Source: an uncultured delta proteobacterium
Lineage (GTDB): Bacteria; Desulfobacterota; Binatia; UBA9968
NCBI GenBank assembly: GCA_963804165.1
Contig: CAWDPO010000025.1
Location: forward strand, 1-64,000
Length of the DNA: 64,000 nucleotides
Reading direction: 5' to 3'
A program made the position numbers and the translations under genes. The notes under the pieces are model-generated. The model was not told where the DNA came from and ran no database searches. It saw nothing but the letters and a program-made list of their open reading frames with translations. Shown here one piece after another: positions 50,078-60,781 of the stretch (the stretch's first letter is position 1; every line of letters begins with the position of its first letter).

Positions 50078-51691
50078 CTATCGCGGCTGCTTCAGCACGT
50101 GCTTGGCCAGCCGGAGCGCCAAGGCGACGATGGTCCAAGTGGGATTCGCGTAACCGCAGGTCGGAAAAACCGAGCTCCCCGCAATAAATAAATTCTCCAC
50201 CCCGTGCACTTTGCAATTTGCGTCGACAACGCCGCTGCGAGGATGCTCGCCCATGCGGGTCGTTCCAATGTGGTGGGAGGCATCGGTGTAAGAAAGGGTG
50301 TCAAGCTCGCTGGGGTTTGTGTCGAGACAACCGATGTTATTTTTTCGCAGATACTGATCGAATAATTCCTGCAGGCGCACAACGGTTCGCGTTTCCTCGG
50401 CGCCGACTTTCCAGTCAAGAATCAGGCGATTCATGTTGAGCTTATCCCGCTCCTCGCTGAGGAACACTCTGCTCGCCGGGTTTGGCGCCTGCTCGCAATA
50501 GTTCACGATGATCAGCTCGGAGACATCCTTGCCGAACCTTCGACGCGCGGCTTTGAACATCCGGTAAAGAAAATGCGGCATCAGCTCTCGAGGGGCCAAA
50601 AGATAGATCAACTCCGGGATGTTGGCCAATTTCACGTCGGAAAACGTAAAGCGTTTGCCGGAATAACCTCGCCTGAGGAGTATTTTCGCGGAGTGAACAA
50701 ACGATTGATATGCCTTCGCCGCCTGCGGCGACCATTGCCGCTCGAGGCTGAGATAGTTGTTTAAAAGGCCCTCCTTACGTTGCACGTTCTCGGACAATTG
50801 GACGCTGATCTGTCCCATTCCCTCGCGCAACGGCACCGCCAGGAGCAAGGGTAGCTTTTGCTTCTCGAAAAGCCGGATTTTGCCGAATACCGTTCTTGGG
50901 TGATCCATGAAGAATCTGCCCACCAGGTCGAATTGGTTCCCTATGCCGTTGGGCTGCACGCCGCGCGAAACGAGCAATAGTCTGGCATTTTCCATTCCGC
51001 CGCAGGCCAGGATGAAGACCTTTGCCCGCAGAGTCATCCGATTTCCACTTAACGTCGCTGCCTTCACCTCATCCACCGAAGTCCCTTCTGAATTCAGCAC
51101 GACTTCGGTGACGTTGGCATTGAGGTAAACCGTCACATTGCGAGATCTTGCGAGCCTCGATCTGTACGCCGCTCCGAACCGCAACGGTTTTATGCCCCAC
51201 AATGAGATATTGGGTTTAAGGTCGGCGTTATCGAAAAGCGCTCGCTCCGCTTGGCTCAAGCCGCGTTTCAAGGTGATGTTTTCGAAGCTTTCGAAAGACG
51301 GCAATTTGAGGATCTCGGCGGCTTTGCCGTAGTAGTTTTGCACCTCGCTGTAACTGATGGGCCAGCCGCTATTGGCAATCCAATCTCTCTTTTCGAAATC
51401 GAACTCCGTCAATTTCATGCTGCGGCCCGCCCAGAGATTGCAGGTGCCGCCAAAGTAGCGCGCGCGCGCCATGAAGTTTTCGCGCACAGGGTAGCCAGCC
51501 ACGTCAACATCGCAAAGGGACTGTACCTCTTCATCCGGATTATAGCTGCCGCTTTCGAGGAGGCAGACAGATTGCGGAGTTCCGTTTAGTTCTTGCGCGA
51601 GCGTAATGCCTGCCGCCCCCGCGCCGACGATGCAGATGTCGGTGTTTAGAATGGAGTTCGATGGAAGCTTATTTGCGTCCTTGATGCTCAC
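50078..51691 (-). CDS. GMC family FAD oxidoreductase
   Basis: IVGAGAAG, FGGTCNLW, ENARLLL, HHIGTTRMG, SSVFPT, NPTWTI. Confidence 0.9.
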   Translation of the reverse strand: MSIKDANKLPSNSILNTDICIVGAGAAGITLAQELNGTPQSVCLLESGSYNPDEEVQSLCDVDVAGYPVRENFMARARYFGGTCNLWAGRSMKLTEFDFEKRDWIANSGWPISYSEVQNYYGKAAEILKLPSFESFENITLKRGLSQAERALFDNADLKPNISLWGIKPLRFGAAYRSRLARSRNVTVYLNANVTEVVLNSEGTSVDEVKAATLSGNRMTLRAKVFILACGGMENARLLLVSRGVQPNGIGNQFDLVGRFFMDHPRTVFGKIRLFEKQKLPLLLAVPLREGMGQISVQLSENVQRKEGLLNNYLSLERQWSPQAAKAYQSFVHSAKILLRRGYSGKRFTFSDVKLANIPELIYLLAPRELMPHFLYRMFKAARRRFGKDVSELIIVNYCEQAPNPASRVFLSEERDKLNMNRLILDWKVGAEETRTVVRLQELFDQYLRKNNIGCLDTNPSELDTLSYTDASHHIGTTRMGEHPRSGVVDANCKVHGVENLFIAGSSVFPTCGYANPTWTIVALALRLAKHVLKQPR

Positions 51692-51966
51692 CCCGTTTTC
51701 CTTTCAACAGTCGAGTGCATTATCGGTAGTTTCAACGAATGCCCAGAAGGCACGGCTATTCCAATGATGCCGTGGGATCACGTGCCGGTTGCGTTCCCAA
51801 AGTTTGAGTTCAAATGTGAGAGACAGGCGGAGAAGCACGGAGGGTTAAATAAGTTGGCTTTCGATTCTCGAACGCACAAGTATGGAATATCATCTAAACG
51901 GGGGACGTGCAATTTTCACATAGCATCGTGGCATGGGCAGACCCGATAACATTTTGGTGGTCGCCG

Positions 51967-52977
51967 TCATTCAACCTTCAAATTGAACACCGCCCTGGCG
52001 TTGTCTTCGAAGATCTTCTTGCGATCCGCCGCGCTCAACCACTCGATGTTCTCGATCATCGGTTTGACGTTGTCCATGGAACGGCCCGTTGCCGGGTCAA
52101 CGGAAGATCCCACGCCCGGGCACTCGGTGCCGAATAGGCAGCGGTCGACGCCGACTGTTTTTATCAGCAGACGCAGCGCATCTTCGGTATACAGCACTGT
52201 ATCGTAATAGAGTTTGCGCATGCCGTCCGAAAATCGTCCGCCGGTCCCGCGCCGCAATGACGGCGCTTCGAAGCGGCCCAGCTGGTAGGGAATCGCGCCA
52301 CCGCCGTGACTGACGATGACTTTAAGATTGGGAAAATCGTTCAAGACGTTCGAGTTGACTAGACCGAAGACCGCAATGGATTCTTCATTGATAAAATGCA
52401 CGGAGTAAGGACTGCGCTCCGAGCGCGAGCCCGTGCCGTGGATATGCGCCGGCACGTCCAACTCGCAGAGCTTTTCATAGAGCGGATACCAGTAGCGATC
52501 GCCGAGCGGCGGCGCTTCCGTGCCGCTGTTTTCGTACGGGTCGGGATTCAAGAGACAACCGACAAATCCGAGCTGCTTCACGCAGCGTTCGAGTTCGGGA
52601 ATCGCATTTTGAATCGGATCGCCCGCCGTTTGCGGCAGGGCGCAGACGCCGATCCACTTGCCGGAAAAAAGCTTCATCTGGCGGTGGATGATGTTGTTGC
52701 ACTCCTCGGTGAACCAGTGAACGAGCTTGGCCGGCTTCTCCGACTGCATCAACTGAAACGGCCGCGGCGAAATAAGCTGCACATCGGTGCCGTGATCGCG
52801 CATGTAATCCAGATGGCCTTTCGCCCAGTTTTCCTTACGATTAGCCGCCGCGCGGATTTCCTCATCCGATACATTGACGCCGCCGCGCCCGTGCGCGCCG
52901 CGCGCCGAGAGCAGGTTAGCCTTGTAAGCCCAGAGTTCGGTCGGCGCGGAAACGTGGCCGTGGATGTCGATAATCAT
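51967..52977 (-). CDS. Amidohydrolase family, LigJ (4-oxalomesaconate hydratase)-like
   Basis: MIIDIHGH, ISPRP, LPQ, LNPDP, PLGDRYWYPLYEKL.ELDVPA.IH, HGGGAIPY, YYDT, LFGTE. Confidence 0.82.
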   Translation of the reverse strand: MIIDIHGHVSAPTELWAYKANLLSARGAHGRGGVNVSDEEIRAAANRKENWAKGHLDYMRDHGTDVQLISPRPFQLMQSEKPAKLVHWFTEECNNIIHRQMKLFSGKWIGVCALPQTAGDPIQNAIPELERCVKQLGFVGCLLNPDPYENSGTEAPPLGDRYWYPLYEKLCELDVPAHIHGTGSRSERSPYSVHFINEESIAVFGLVNSNVLNDFPNLKVIVSHGGGAIPYQLGRFEAPSLRRGTGGRFSDGMRKLYYDTVLYTEDALRLLIKTVGVDRCLFGTECPGVGSSVDPATGRSMDNVKPMIENIEWLSAADRKKIFEDNARAVFNLKVE

Positions 52978-53174
52978 GGTTATCTTCCTTATGATACTAA
53001 AAATTGTGCTGCACGCGTCTTCTCATCCAGGATTAGATATTCGCTTTTCTCGTACTCCCGCCGAATTGTCAAATCAACAGATGATCTCGACCGTCGCTCG
53101 TGAACGCCGTCGCCCTTGAGCTGTATTATGTCCGCGTTACCGGTTGTCGGGAGCACGTGGCCAGTGGGTCGTAA

Positions 53175-53341
53175 GAAGTGAAAGTTCGTCATGCCGGCGA
53201 ACGCCGGCATCCAGGTTCGTTTTGCGGTTCAAGTTCCAGAACCGTCTGGATTCCGGCTTCCGCCGGAATGACGGGAACAAAGTCGACTTCCAATCGACAA
53301 ATTCAGAACCCCTTGGCTTGGAGCCGAGGGCCGTTCAGTTG
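53175..53341. repeat. About 165 bp MITE-like element (copy 2, inverted relative to 2347-2509)
   Basis: gaagtgaaagttcgtcatgccggc...gccggaatgac...ccccttggcttggagccgagggccgttcagttg. Confidence 0.75.
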
Positions 53342-53500
53342 ACGGTTGACAGCGAAATTGTGTCCGCAGTAAGGCTGATCTTAGTTCGGTGTCGGGCTGG
53401 TCAATTTGCGCAAGTCGATTGGTGGTCGGCAACGCGCCGCTGCGGGTCGTCAGTTCCTCGGCACTAACAGAAAATTGCTGTTGCAGTCAGGAAGGACGAT

Positions 53501-54517
53501 ATGAAAGTCATGAACGTGCAGCGATTCGTGCTGCTGCTGGTTATTTGCCTGGCGTCATCGGCAAACGCCCAGAGCCAAACCAAAGATCGCGCCAAGCTCA
53601 TCGAAGAGGCCAAGAAAGAAGGCAAGGTTTTAGTCTACGTTTCCTCAAATGCGTCGGACGCCAGAGCTTTGAAATCCGCGTTCGAAAAAAAGTATCCCTT
53701 TATTAACATGGAGTTCTACAGCTCCGGCAAAGACGCGCTGCTCGCCCGTTATTTGCTCGAAGCGCGCACCGGCACTTACCTTGCCGACGTCTATCAGTCG
53801 AGTGTCTTTCCGATCATGAATTTAGTCGAGAAAGGCCTGCTGGCCAAGTATTACTCGCCGGAGCGCGAAGGATACATCGACGCGCTGCGCGACAAAGACG
53901 GCTACTGGAACGCAACTTATTTGAATGCCGTCACCATGGCGTACAATTCGCGTCTCGTGAAACCCGACGAAGTGCCCGCGAGCTATCAAGAGCTGCTCTT
54001 GCCGAAATGGAAGGGGAAAATGGGTTTCGTGCTCAGCCACACCGAGTGGTACTTCGCCATGCTGCAGTTCATGGGTGAAGACAAGGGAAGACAATACATG
54101 GAGGCGCTGAGCAAGCAGAACATTCACGCGCGCATCGGCAGCTCGCTGATGAATCAGCTGATGATGGCCGGCGAATTCCCCTTGCTCATTTCGCAATATC
54201 CGACAGGCGTGGAAGAGATCAAAAAGACCGGCGCGCCGATCGATTGGGTGCCGCTCGATCCGTGGTTCGTCTATCCGATCGGCATCGCCGTCACCGCCAA
54301 AAACTCCCATCCCGCCGCGGCGCGGCTTTATCTCGATTTCATCCTATCGGAGGAGGGACAAACTTTCATGCGCCAGCTGAGCCGCATCCCGGCGCGCAGG
54401 GATATCCTGCCCAATCCACCGCGATTGATGCAGGGCCGCAAGCTGTTTGTTATCAAGCCGGCGTCGAGCGCGATATACAACAAGTACAACAGCGAGATGC
54501 TGCGCTATTTTCGTTGA
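53501..54517 (+). CDS. Extracellular solute-binding protein, Fe3+/thiamine (AfuA-like) family
   Basis: Signal peptide ...ANAQ, EAKKEGKV, PKWKGK, HPAAARLYLDFILSEEGQ. Confidence 0.85.
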   Translation: MKVMNVQRFVLLLVICLASSANAQSQTKDRAKLIEEAKKEGKVLVYVSSNASDARALKSAFEKKYPFINMEFYSSGKDALLARYLLEARTGTYLADVYQSSVFPIMNLVEKGLLAKYYSPEREGYIDALRDKDGYWNATYLNAVTMAYNSRLVKPDEVPASYQELLLPKWKGKMGFVLSHTEWYFAMLQFMGEDKGRQYMEALSKQNIHARIGSSLMNQLMMAGEFPLLISQYPTGVEEIKKTGAPIDWVPLDPWFVYPIGIAVTAKNSHPAAARLYLDFILSEEGQTFMRQLSRIPARRDILPNPPRLMQGRKLFVIKPASSAIYNKYNSEMLRYFR

Positions 54518-54632
54518 GTTTTACAATTGCGCGGGGCTAAGAAAGTATCCTCAGTAAACAATGAAGTCTTAGGTCATCGATCGACGCGAACGCTTCGATA
54601 AGGTTGAGTTAGCACAGCCTCTATCTATTCAT

Positions 54633-56009
54633 ATGAGCAGGCCATCAGCTGCGGAAATATCGCCGGTCATGGGCCGGCTGAGCGCTTACATTGCAGCGGC
54701 GCTGCGCCGGCCGCTCCCGCCCGCGGTGGTCGAGAAGACCAAGCATCACATCCTCGATACCATCGCGGCAATGATTTCCGGATCGCGTCTCGCGCCGGGC
54801 ATTAAAGCGATCGGCTATGTCAAAACTCTCGGTGGCGTCAAAGAAGCATCGGTGATCGGTAGTAATCTTGTTACGACCGCCGTAAACGCCGCATTGGCCA
54901 ACGGCATGCTCGCGCACGCCGACGAAACCGACGACTCGCATGCGCCGTCGCTGACACATCCTGGCTGCGGGATTGTTCCCGCAGCGCTGGCCATGGCCGA
55001 GCGCGAACGACGGAGCGGAGCGGCGCTGGTGCGCGCAGTGGCACTCGGTTACGACGTCGGCTGCCGGTTGACGCTGTCGCTCCACGCATATCAGTTCCGC
55101 GAGGACGGCCATTCGACACACAGTTTCGGACCGATGTTCGGAGCCGCCGCGGCCGCCGGGGCTCTGGCGGGATTAAAAGAGCGCGAGGTGCGTCACACGC
55201 TCTCGTTTACCGCCCAACAAGCCTCTGGTGTCTCGTGCTGGATGCGCGACGGGGAGCATATCGAAAAGGCATTCGATTTTGGCGGAATGCCGGCGCGCAA
55301 CGGCGTCGCGGCGGCCACGATGGTCGCCCATGGTTTCACCGGCGTCGATGACGTGTTCGCCGGGGAACGCAGCTTTTTTGTCGCCTACGGCCGCAAGCCC
55401 GATCCCGACGTCCTGACTCGCGGACTCGGCGCCACTTATGAAATCGTCAACACGAACATCAAACGCTGGTCGGTGGGCTCACCGATCCAGGCGCCCCTCG
55501 ATTCGCTGCGCGAGCTCATCCGCGAGCACGGCATCAAAGCCGAAGACGTTGACCAAGTCGTGGTGCGTGTGGCGCACCAGGGCGCGAACACCGTCGACAA
55601 TCGCGATATGCCCGACATTTGCCTGCAGCACATGTGCGCGATCATGTTGATCGACGGCACCATCACTTTCCAAACATCGCACGATCGCAAGCGCATGCGC
55701 GAGCGTAATGTTTTGGCGCTGCGCAAGCGCGTCGAACTCCGGGGCGACGACGCGTTGTCCGCGGCGATGCCGAGCCGCCAAGGCATCGTCGAGATCCGGC
55801 TGCGCGACGGACGCGAGCTCAAGCATCACACTAAAGGCGTACGCGGCAGCGCGGAGAATCCGATGACGCGCGCCGAAGTCGATGAGAAAAGCTTCGACCT
55901 GATGGCACCGGTGATCGGCAAGGCCCGCGCGCGCAAGCTGTGCGACGCTGTCTGGAAGCTGGAGCAGGTTCGCGACATTCGCTGCGTGCGTCTGCTACTC
56001 CGCGGCTGA
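54633..56009 (+). CDS. MmgE/PrpD family protein
   Basis: ILDTIA, AALANGMLAHADETDD, HPG, GYDV, G.H, NPMT. Confidence 0.9.
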   Translation: MSRPSAAEISPVMGRLSAYIAAALRRPLPPAVVEKTKHHILDTIAAMISGSRLAPGIKAIGYVKTLGGVKEASVIGSNLVTTAVNAALANGMLAHADETDDSHAPSLTHPGCGIVPAALAMAERERRSGAALVRAVALGYDVGCRLTLSLHAYQFREDGHSTHSFGPMFGAAAAAGALAGLKEREVRHTLSFTAQQASGVSCWMRDGEHIEKAFDFGGMPARNGVAAATMVAHGFTGVDDVFAGERSFFVAYGRKPDPDVLTRGLGATYEIVNTNIKRWSVGSPIQAPLDSLRELIREHGIKAEDVDQVVVRVAHQGANTVDNRDMPDICLQHMCAIMLIDGTITFQTSHDRKRMRERNVLALRKRVELRGDDALSAAMPSRQGIVEIRLRDGRELKHHTKGVRGSAENPMTRAEVDEKSFDLMAPVIGKARARKLCDAVWKLEQVRDIRCVRLLLRG

Positions 56010-56241
56010 TGCCGGAGCTAGGATTTGCAAATTGTTTCCTTGACGAAACGTGAACAAATCAGTGCTCAAGGTCGGTTGACATGACGCTCCCTTATCGACT
56101 AGCGTCCGCCTCGAAGGGGCATCGGATGATTGGTATTTGTCGACTCGTAAATAGCCGCCTTGCCGTCGCTGATGGAGCCGATTGTCAGTTCTCCGCGTCC
56201 GGCCTCAAAAATAAAATTCATTATTTAAATAGGAGGGGACA

Positions 56242-57183
56242 ATGTTCGCTATCCGCAAGATGCTGACTGCCTTGGCTGTGTTCGCGTTTCTCTGCGGTCC
56301 GGCTGCCGCGCAACAGGTCACGTTCATGACCGGTCCGCAGGGCGGGGTGTGGGTCCCGCTCGGCGGCGCGCTGAAGGGAATGTGGGAAAAAGCGATCCCG
56401 GGCCTGCAGGTCACCGCAACACCCGGCGCAGGCATCGCGAACGTACGCGGCGTGGACGAAGACAAGGCGCATATTGGCTTCGCCAACACCATCACGACGG
56501 TGGACGGGATCGAAGGCCGGCCGCCTTATCCCAAAAAGGTGACCAAGGTGTGCCAGTTGGCAAATATCTACCCGCAGTACTTCCAGGTCGTGGTACTGGC
56601 GAGCGCGAAGATCAATTCGGTTGCAGACCTCAAGGGCAAACCCATCGTCGTGCAACCCAAGGGCAACACGGCCGAGCTCGTCACGCAGCATATCCTGCAG
56701 GTGCACGGTCTAACCTATTCCCAGGTCAAGGCGAGCTTCCAGGCGTCCTACACCGACGCCGTTGATCTGATGAAGGATGGGCACGCGCAGGCGTTCACCC
56801 TCGGTACCACTGTGCCCGCGTCCTCGGTAATGGACCTCGCGAGCGCACGCGAAATCAAACTGATCGGGATCGACGACAAGATCTTCTCGGACATGAAAAA
56901 GATCAATCCGGGATATTCCAGAAGCACGATCCCGGCGAACACCTATCCCAGGCAGGACAAGCCGCTGGACGTGATCGGATACGCCACGCACATCGTGGTG
57001 GCGTGCAACCTGCCGGAACAGCTGGTCTACAACATGGTAAAGACCATGGCCGCAAACGTGAGCGAGATGACTTTAGTGAACAAAGCGATTACGGGCCTGA
57101 CGCCTAAGATGATGGCCGAGGACGTGGGTGTGCCGTTCCACTCCGGCGCGGCAAAGTTTTACAAAGAAGCGAAAGCGAACTGA
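56242..57183 (+). CDS. TAXI family TRAP transporter solute-binding subunit
   Basis: TGPQGGVW, TPGAGIANV, IPANTY, PFHSGAAKFYKE. Confidence 0.92.
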   Translation: MFAIRKMLTALAVFAFLCGPAAAQQVTFMTGPQGGVWVPLGGALKGMWEKAIPGLQVTATPGAGIANVRGVDEDKAHIGFANTITTVDGIEGRPPYPKKVTKVCQLANIYPQYFQVVVLASAKINSVADLKGKPIVVQPKGNTAELVTQHILQVHGLTYSQVKASFQASYTDAVDLMKDGHAQAFTLGTTVPASSVMDLASAREIKLIGIDDKIFSDMKKINPGYSRSTIPANTYPRQDKPLDVIGYATHIVVACNLPEQLVYNMVKTMAANVSEMTLVNKAITGLTPKMMAEDVGVPFHSGAAKFYKEAKAN

Positions 57184-57215
57184 TCGCGGCGGAGTAGCAC
57201 TGCAGCAGCGGCGAC

Positions 57216-59132
57216 ATGTCCGAACTGCGTTGGGTTGGAGAAATACAAGTGGACGAGGAACAGGCCGCAACGGCTCCGCAAGCGAAGTTCCTAAAGCTCC
57301 TGATCTCGATCATCGCGATCGCGATGTCGCTCTATCACATGTACGTGGCGGCGATTGGACCGCCTGAGGCTTACTTCTTCCGCGGCACCCACCTGCTGTT
57401 TACCATGACGCTCATTTTTTTGCTTTACCCGCTCAAACCCGGCGGTGGGTGGGCTTGGCGTCTTGTGGATCTGCTGATGCTCGCCGCGAGTTGGGGCTTC
57501 ATCCTGCACATCTTCATCAACTACGACTACGTCATCAACCGCATCATCTACATAGACGAGCTGACGTTATCCGACAAGCTCTATTCGATCCTCGCCGTAC
57601 TCCTCGTGCTTGAAGCTACCCGCCGTGTGCTCGGCTGGGGGTTGTCACTCACCGCCATCGGCTTTCTCGCGTATCCGATTTTTTTCTCAACCGTCAGAGC
57701 TTCGGTACTGATGGAGCAGCTGTATCTCTCCACCGAGGGAATATTCGGCTCGACGCTCGGCGTTTCCGCGAGCTACGTGATGCTATTCGTAGTGTTCGGC
57801 GCCTTTATGGAGAAGAGTGGCGTGGGGAAACTCTTCATGGATTTTGCGGTTTCGATTACCGGGCATACCGCAGGCGGGCCGGGCAAGGTGTCGGTCGTGA
57901 GCTCGAGCCTGTTCGGCACCGTCTCGGGCAGCGCGGTCGCAAACGTCATGGTGGATGGTCCGATGACGATCCCGCTCATGAAGCGCAGCGGTTTCCGTCC
58001 CCACTTCGCGGCGGCAGTCGAGGCCACCGCTTCAACGGGCGGGCAGATCATGCCGCCGGTAATGGGCGCGGCGGCATTCGTGATGGCGGAATTCCTCGCG
58101 GTTTCGTACTTCCAGGTGACGATCTGGGCCATCATCCCGGCGATCCTGTACTACGTGGCGGTGTTCTTTGCGGTGCACTTCGAAGCCAAGCGTTACGGCC
58201 TTTTGGGAGTTCCGAAGGCGGAGCTTCCCAAGCTGAGCGAAGTCATGCGTGAGCGTGGCCACCTGTTCGTCCCTATCTTCATCGTCTTCGTCGGTCTCAT
58301 TGCCGGCTACAGCGCGCCGCTTTGCGCGCTAGTCGCGACTCTCGCCTGCCTACCAACGGCGCTGCTGCGCCAGACCACGCGTACAGGCATTACCTGGATG
58401 AGTGCGTTCGGTGCCCTCGAAGAGGGCGCGAAGGGCACGCTCCCGGTCGCCATCGCCTGCGCCTGCGCCGGCATCGTGATCGGCTCCACGACGATCACCG
58501 GCCTCGGTATCACTTTCACGCAATTCGTTGTCTCACTATCGCAGAACATGCTGCCGTTGGCGCTCCTGCTGACCGCGATCGCCGGCATCGTGCTAGGGCT
58601 CGGCTTGCCGACCACGCCGTCTTATATCGTCATGGTGGCGCTGCTCGTGCCGGCGCTGATCAAGCTCGGCGCGGTAACGCCGGCTGCCCACATGTTCGCG
58701 TTTTATTTCGCGATCCTGTCGGCGATCACCCCGCCAGTGGCGCTCGCGGTATTTGCCGCCGCGACTCTCGCCAAGGCCAATATGTGGGACGCCGGATGGG
58801 CGGCTATGCGCGTCGGCGCAGCCGGCTACATCGTGCCATTCATGTTCGTTTACGAGCCGGCACTGCTGATGATCGGCCCCTGGTATGTCACGGTACTGGC
58901 CTTCGCGAGCGCCGTGATCGGCGTGATGACCTTGGCCGCGAGCCTGCACGGTTATCTGCTCGGTGCGCTTTCGATGTGGCAGCGGGTGGTGCTTTTCGTT
59001 CCCGCGATTCTGCTGATCGCTCCCGAGCTCATCAGTTCGATAGTCGGGCTCGCGCTGCTGGCCGCTGTCGCCATCAACCAGGGACTGCTGAAGCGTATCA
59101 GGCCTGCCGCTAGTCCTGCGGCGGCAAAATAA
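57216..59132 (+). CDS. TRAP transporter fused 4TM/12TM permease
   Basis: LEATRR, EGIFG, GGPGKV, SGSAVAN, STGGQIMPPVMGAAAF, GLPTTPSY, ITPPVAL. Confidence 0.93.
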   Translation: MSELRWVGEIQVDEEQAATAPQAKFLKLLISIIAIAMSLYHMYVAAIGPPEAYFFRGTHLLFTMTLIFLLYPLKPGGGWAWRLVDLLMLAASWGFILHIFINYDYVINRIIYIDELTLSDKLYSILAVLLVLEATRRVLGWGLSLTAIGFLAYPIFFSTVRASVLMEQLYLSTEGIFGSTLGVSASYVMLFVVFGAFMEKSGVGKLFMDFAVSITGHTAGGPGKVSVVSSSLFGTVSGSAVANVMVDGPMTIPLMKRSGFRPHFAAAVEATASTGGQIMPPVMGAAAFVMAEFLAVSYFQVTIWAIIPAILYYVAVFFAVHFEAKRYGLLGVPKAELPKLSEVMRERGHLFVPIFIVFVGLIAGYSAPLCALVATLACLPTALLRQTTRTGITWMSAFGALEEGAKGTLPVAIACACAGIVIGSTTITGLGITFTQFVVSLSQNMLPLALLLTAIAGIVLGLGLPTTPSYIVMVALLVPALIKLGAVTPAAHMFAFYFAILSAITPPVALAVFAAATLAKANMWDAGWAAMRVGAAGYIVPFMFVYEPALLMIGPWYVTVLAFASAVIGVMTLAASLHGYLLGALSMWQRVVLFVPAILLIAPELISSIVGLALLAAVAINQGLLKRIRPAASPAAAK

Positions 59133-59190
59133 AACAAATATAAGGAAGCGCATCCAATCGTCCCAAATCTGCAACGGCCTCCCCTCGTTC

Positions 59191-59299
59191 GCGCCCGAGT
59201 CACTGGCAGATCTCGCGCGCGCAAGCTTTGCGATGCGATCTGGAACCTCGAGAAGCTGCCAGATATGTTCGCAGCTTGCGCCCGCTGCTGCGCAGCTGA
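59191..59299 (+). pseudogene. 3' remnant of an MmgE/PrpD-family gene
   Basis: Translates VTGRSRARKLCDAIWNLEKLPD../VRSLRPLLRS-stop, matching the C-terminus VIGKARARKLCDAVWKLEQVRDIRCVRLLLRG of 54633-56009. Confidence 0.7.
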
Positions 59300-59341
59300 A
59301 CGGGCGGGAGGCTCGGCACGAAGCAGGATGCGCAAGATATT

Positions 59342-59560
59342 CTTACCCTCCTGCAGGACGCATCGACCGAGGTGAGGACGGCCGCGCGCGAGGGCAGGTG
59401 CTGGGACCCCGTGGAGAAGGAAATGAAGCTGCCGAAATATGAGAAATGGCAGGGCTATGAAACGGCTTTGCCGTTCATTCTAAGGCGCTATTGTGGCCTA
59501 TGGGGCCGCGGCACCTGGATCGCGCTGACGACGACGGTTCGTCAAGAACTCGCGGGCTAA
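59342..59560 (+). pseudogene. Probable 3' remnant of an MBL-fold hydrolase gene
   Basis: LLQDASTEVRTAAREGRCWDPVEKEMKLPKYEKWQGY resembles, from recollection, the C-terminal helical tail of cyclase-type MBL hydrolases; no start or RBS. Confidence 0.4.
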
Positions 59561-59600
59561 GCAACCTTCGGCGACGATTGGGCAAATACTATCATCAGGT

Positions 59601-60781
59601 TTACGGCAATCTCGCCAAAAGCCGGTAGATATTTCGGTAGAGCGTTTTGTGTGCTTCCACGATCGTCGGGTCGCTAAGATAACCGAATCCCACATCCAAG
59701 TGATCGAAGCTTCTCCCGGTACTTTTTTCTGCTTTCTCAAAATACCATTTGCCTTTATCGATGGACTGCCGATCAAATATGCCTTCGTCGCCTACCGAGT
59801 GCTGCCCTGCGGTAAATGGATATCTTTGAGAAATCGCACTTACCGCGCCGTCATTTTCCCGCCATGCGCTGATTTGTAAATCCCCCGTGCCCCAGCCGGG
59901 AATCGGATCAACGTCAAAATTCGCTTTGACCCCTTGGTATAGGGCGGCGGCCGCAGCGCTGGATTCATCAACGGATCAGGATAATGGTTGGAACTAAACC
60001 AAGCCTTGGTGGTTTGCTGCGTGACTACGGCTAAGTAGTAGGTACGCGGATGAGTCTGGACTGCCTTGTTGGCCTTAACCCCGCCCTGCAAAGTGAGATC
60101 GAAAGCCAGATTGTCTTCTCCTCTGGCAAAGTCACTTTTTTCCAAAGCCGCGCAGATTCCCGGCAAACTCTTGTCAGGGCAATCGCCAATCCATTGATCC
60201 AGATCAAAATCGTAGAGAGTCGGCATCAGCCCCGCGCCGTTCCCCGCCGTCACGAAAATCTGCGCGACAGTGCCGATAAAATTACCGATGGGTCCCGTCA
60301 GCAATCCAGTTTTCTTATCGCAGCCCAACATGTACGGTAGCGTGCTGCCATTGAGGACCGCCGAAATATTGATAATCGCTTCGACCCAGTCAGCGCTAGA
60401 ACCCCAGCCCCAATAATCCTCCGCAAGCAGGCGCTGCAGCCGCAAACCGGTATGTCCTCCCGCGCTATGCCCGACTAAAATAACCGGGTTTTCAGCCGAC
60501 CAATTCTTGACCAGCGCCTTGTTCGAGTAATCATCGGAGAATTGTCGATGTTTGGCGGATTCACTATGAGCCTTCCCGTAATCGACCTTCGTCCCTTTGA
60601 TTTGCGCGGCGACCTCGCAGGCGCGATCATGAAACGAGCTGATCGGGCCACAGCTCGCTTCATGGACATTAAACCCGCTCGTATCTAATTTTAACGCGTA
60701 GCCCCAGTATGGAAGCCCGCGCATCTCAGAAGGTCCCCAGCCGAGCAGGCCGTGCACGAACACAATATTTTGTGATTTCAT
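59601..60781 (-). CDS. Lipase (family I.5/I.6-like alpha/beta hydrolase), frameshift near 59950
   Basis: VFVHGLLGW, GPISSFHDRACE, VDYG..HS..H, GHSAGG nucleophile; the alternate frame gives WRENDGAV (Asp) and FDHLD (His), with stop at 59601. Confidence 0.85.

Noticed and set aside
359-60781. Frameshifts in the amidase, SBP, amidohydrolase, HTH-TPR, ligD, CoA ligase, decarboxylase and lipase genes read as programmed frameshifting or mass pseudogenisation
   Set aside because: These are small indels, several in or near homopolymers, scattered over unrelated genes with otherwise intact motifs. Long-read consensus error is the simplest explanation, but reads are needed to confirm it.
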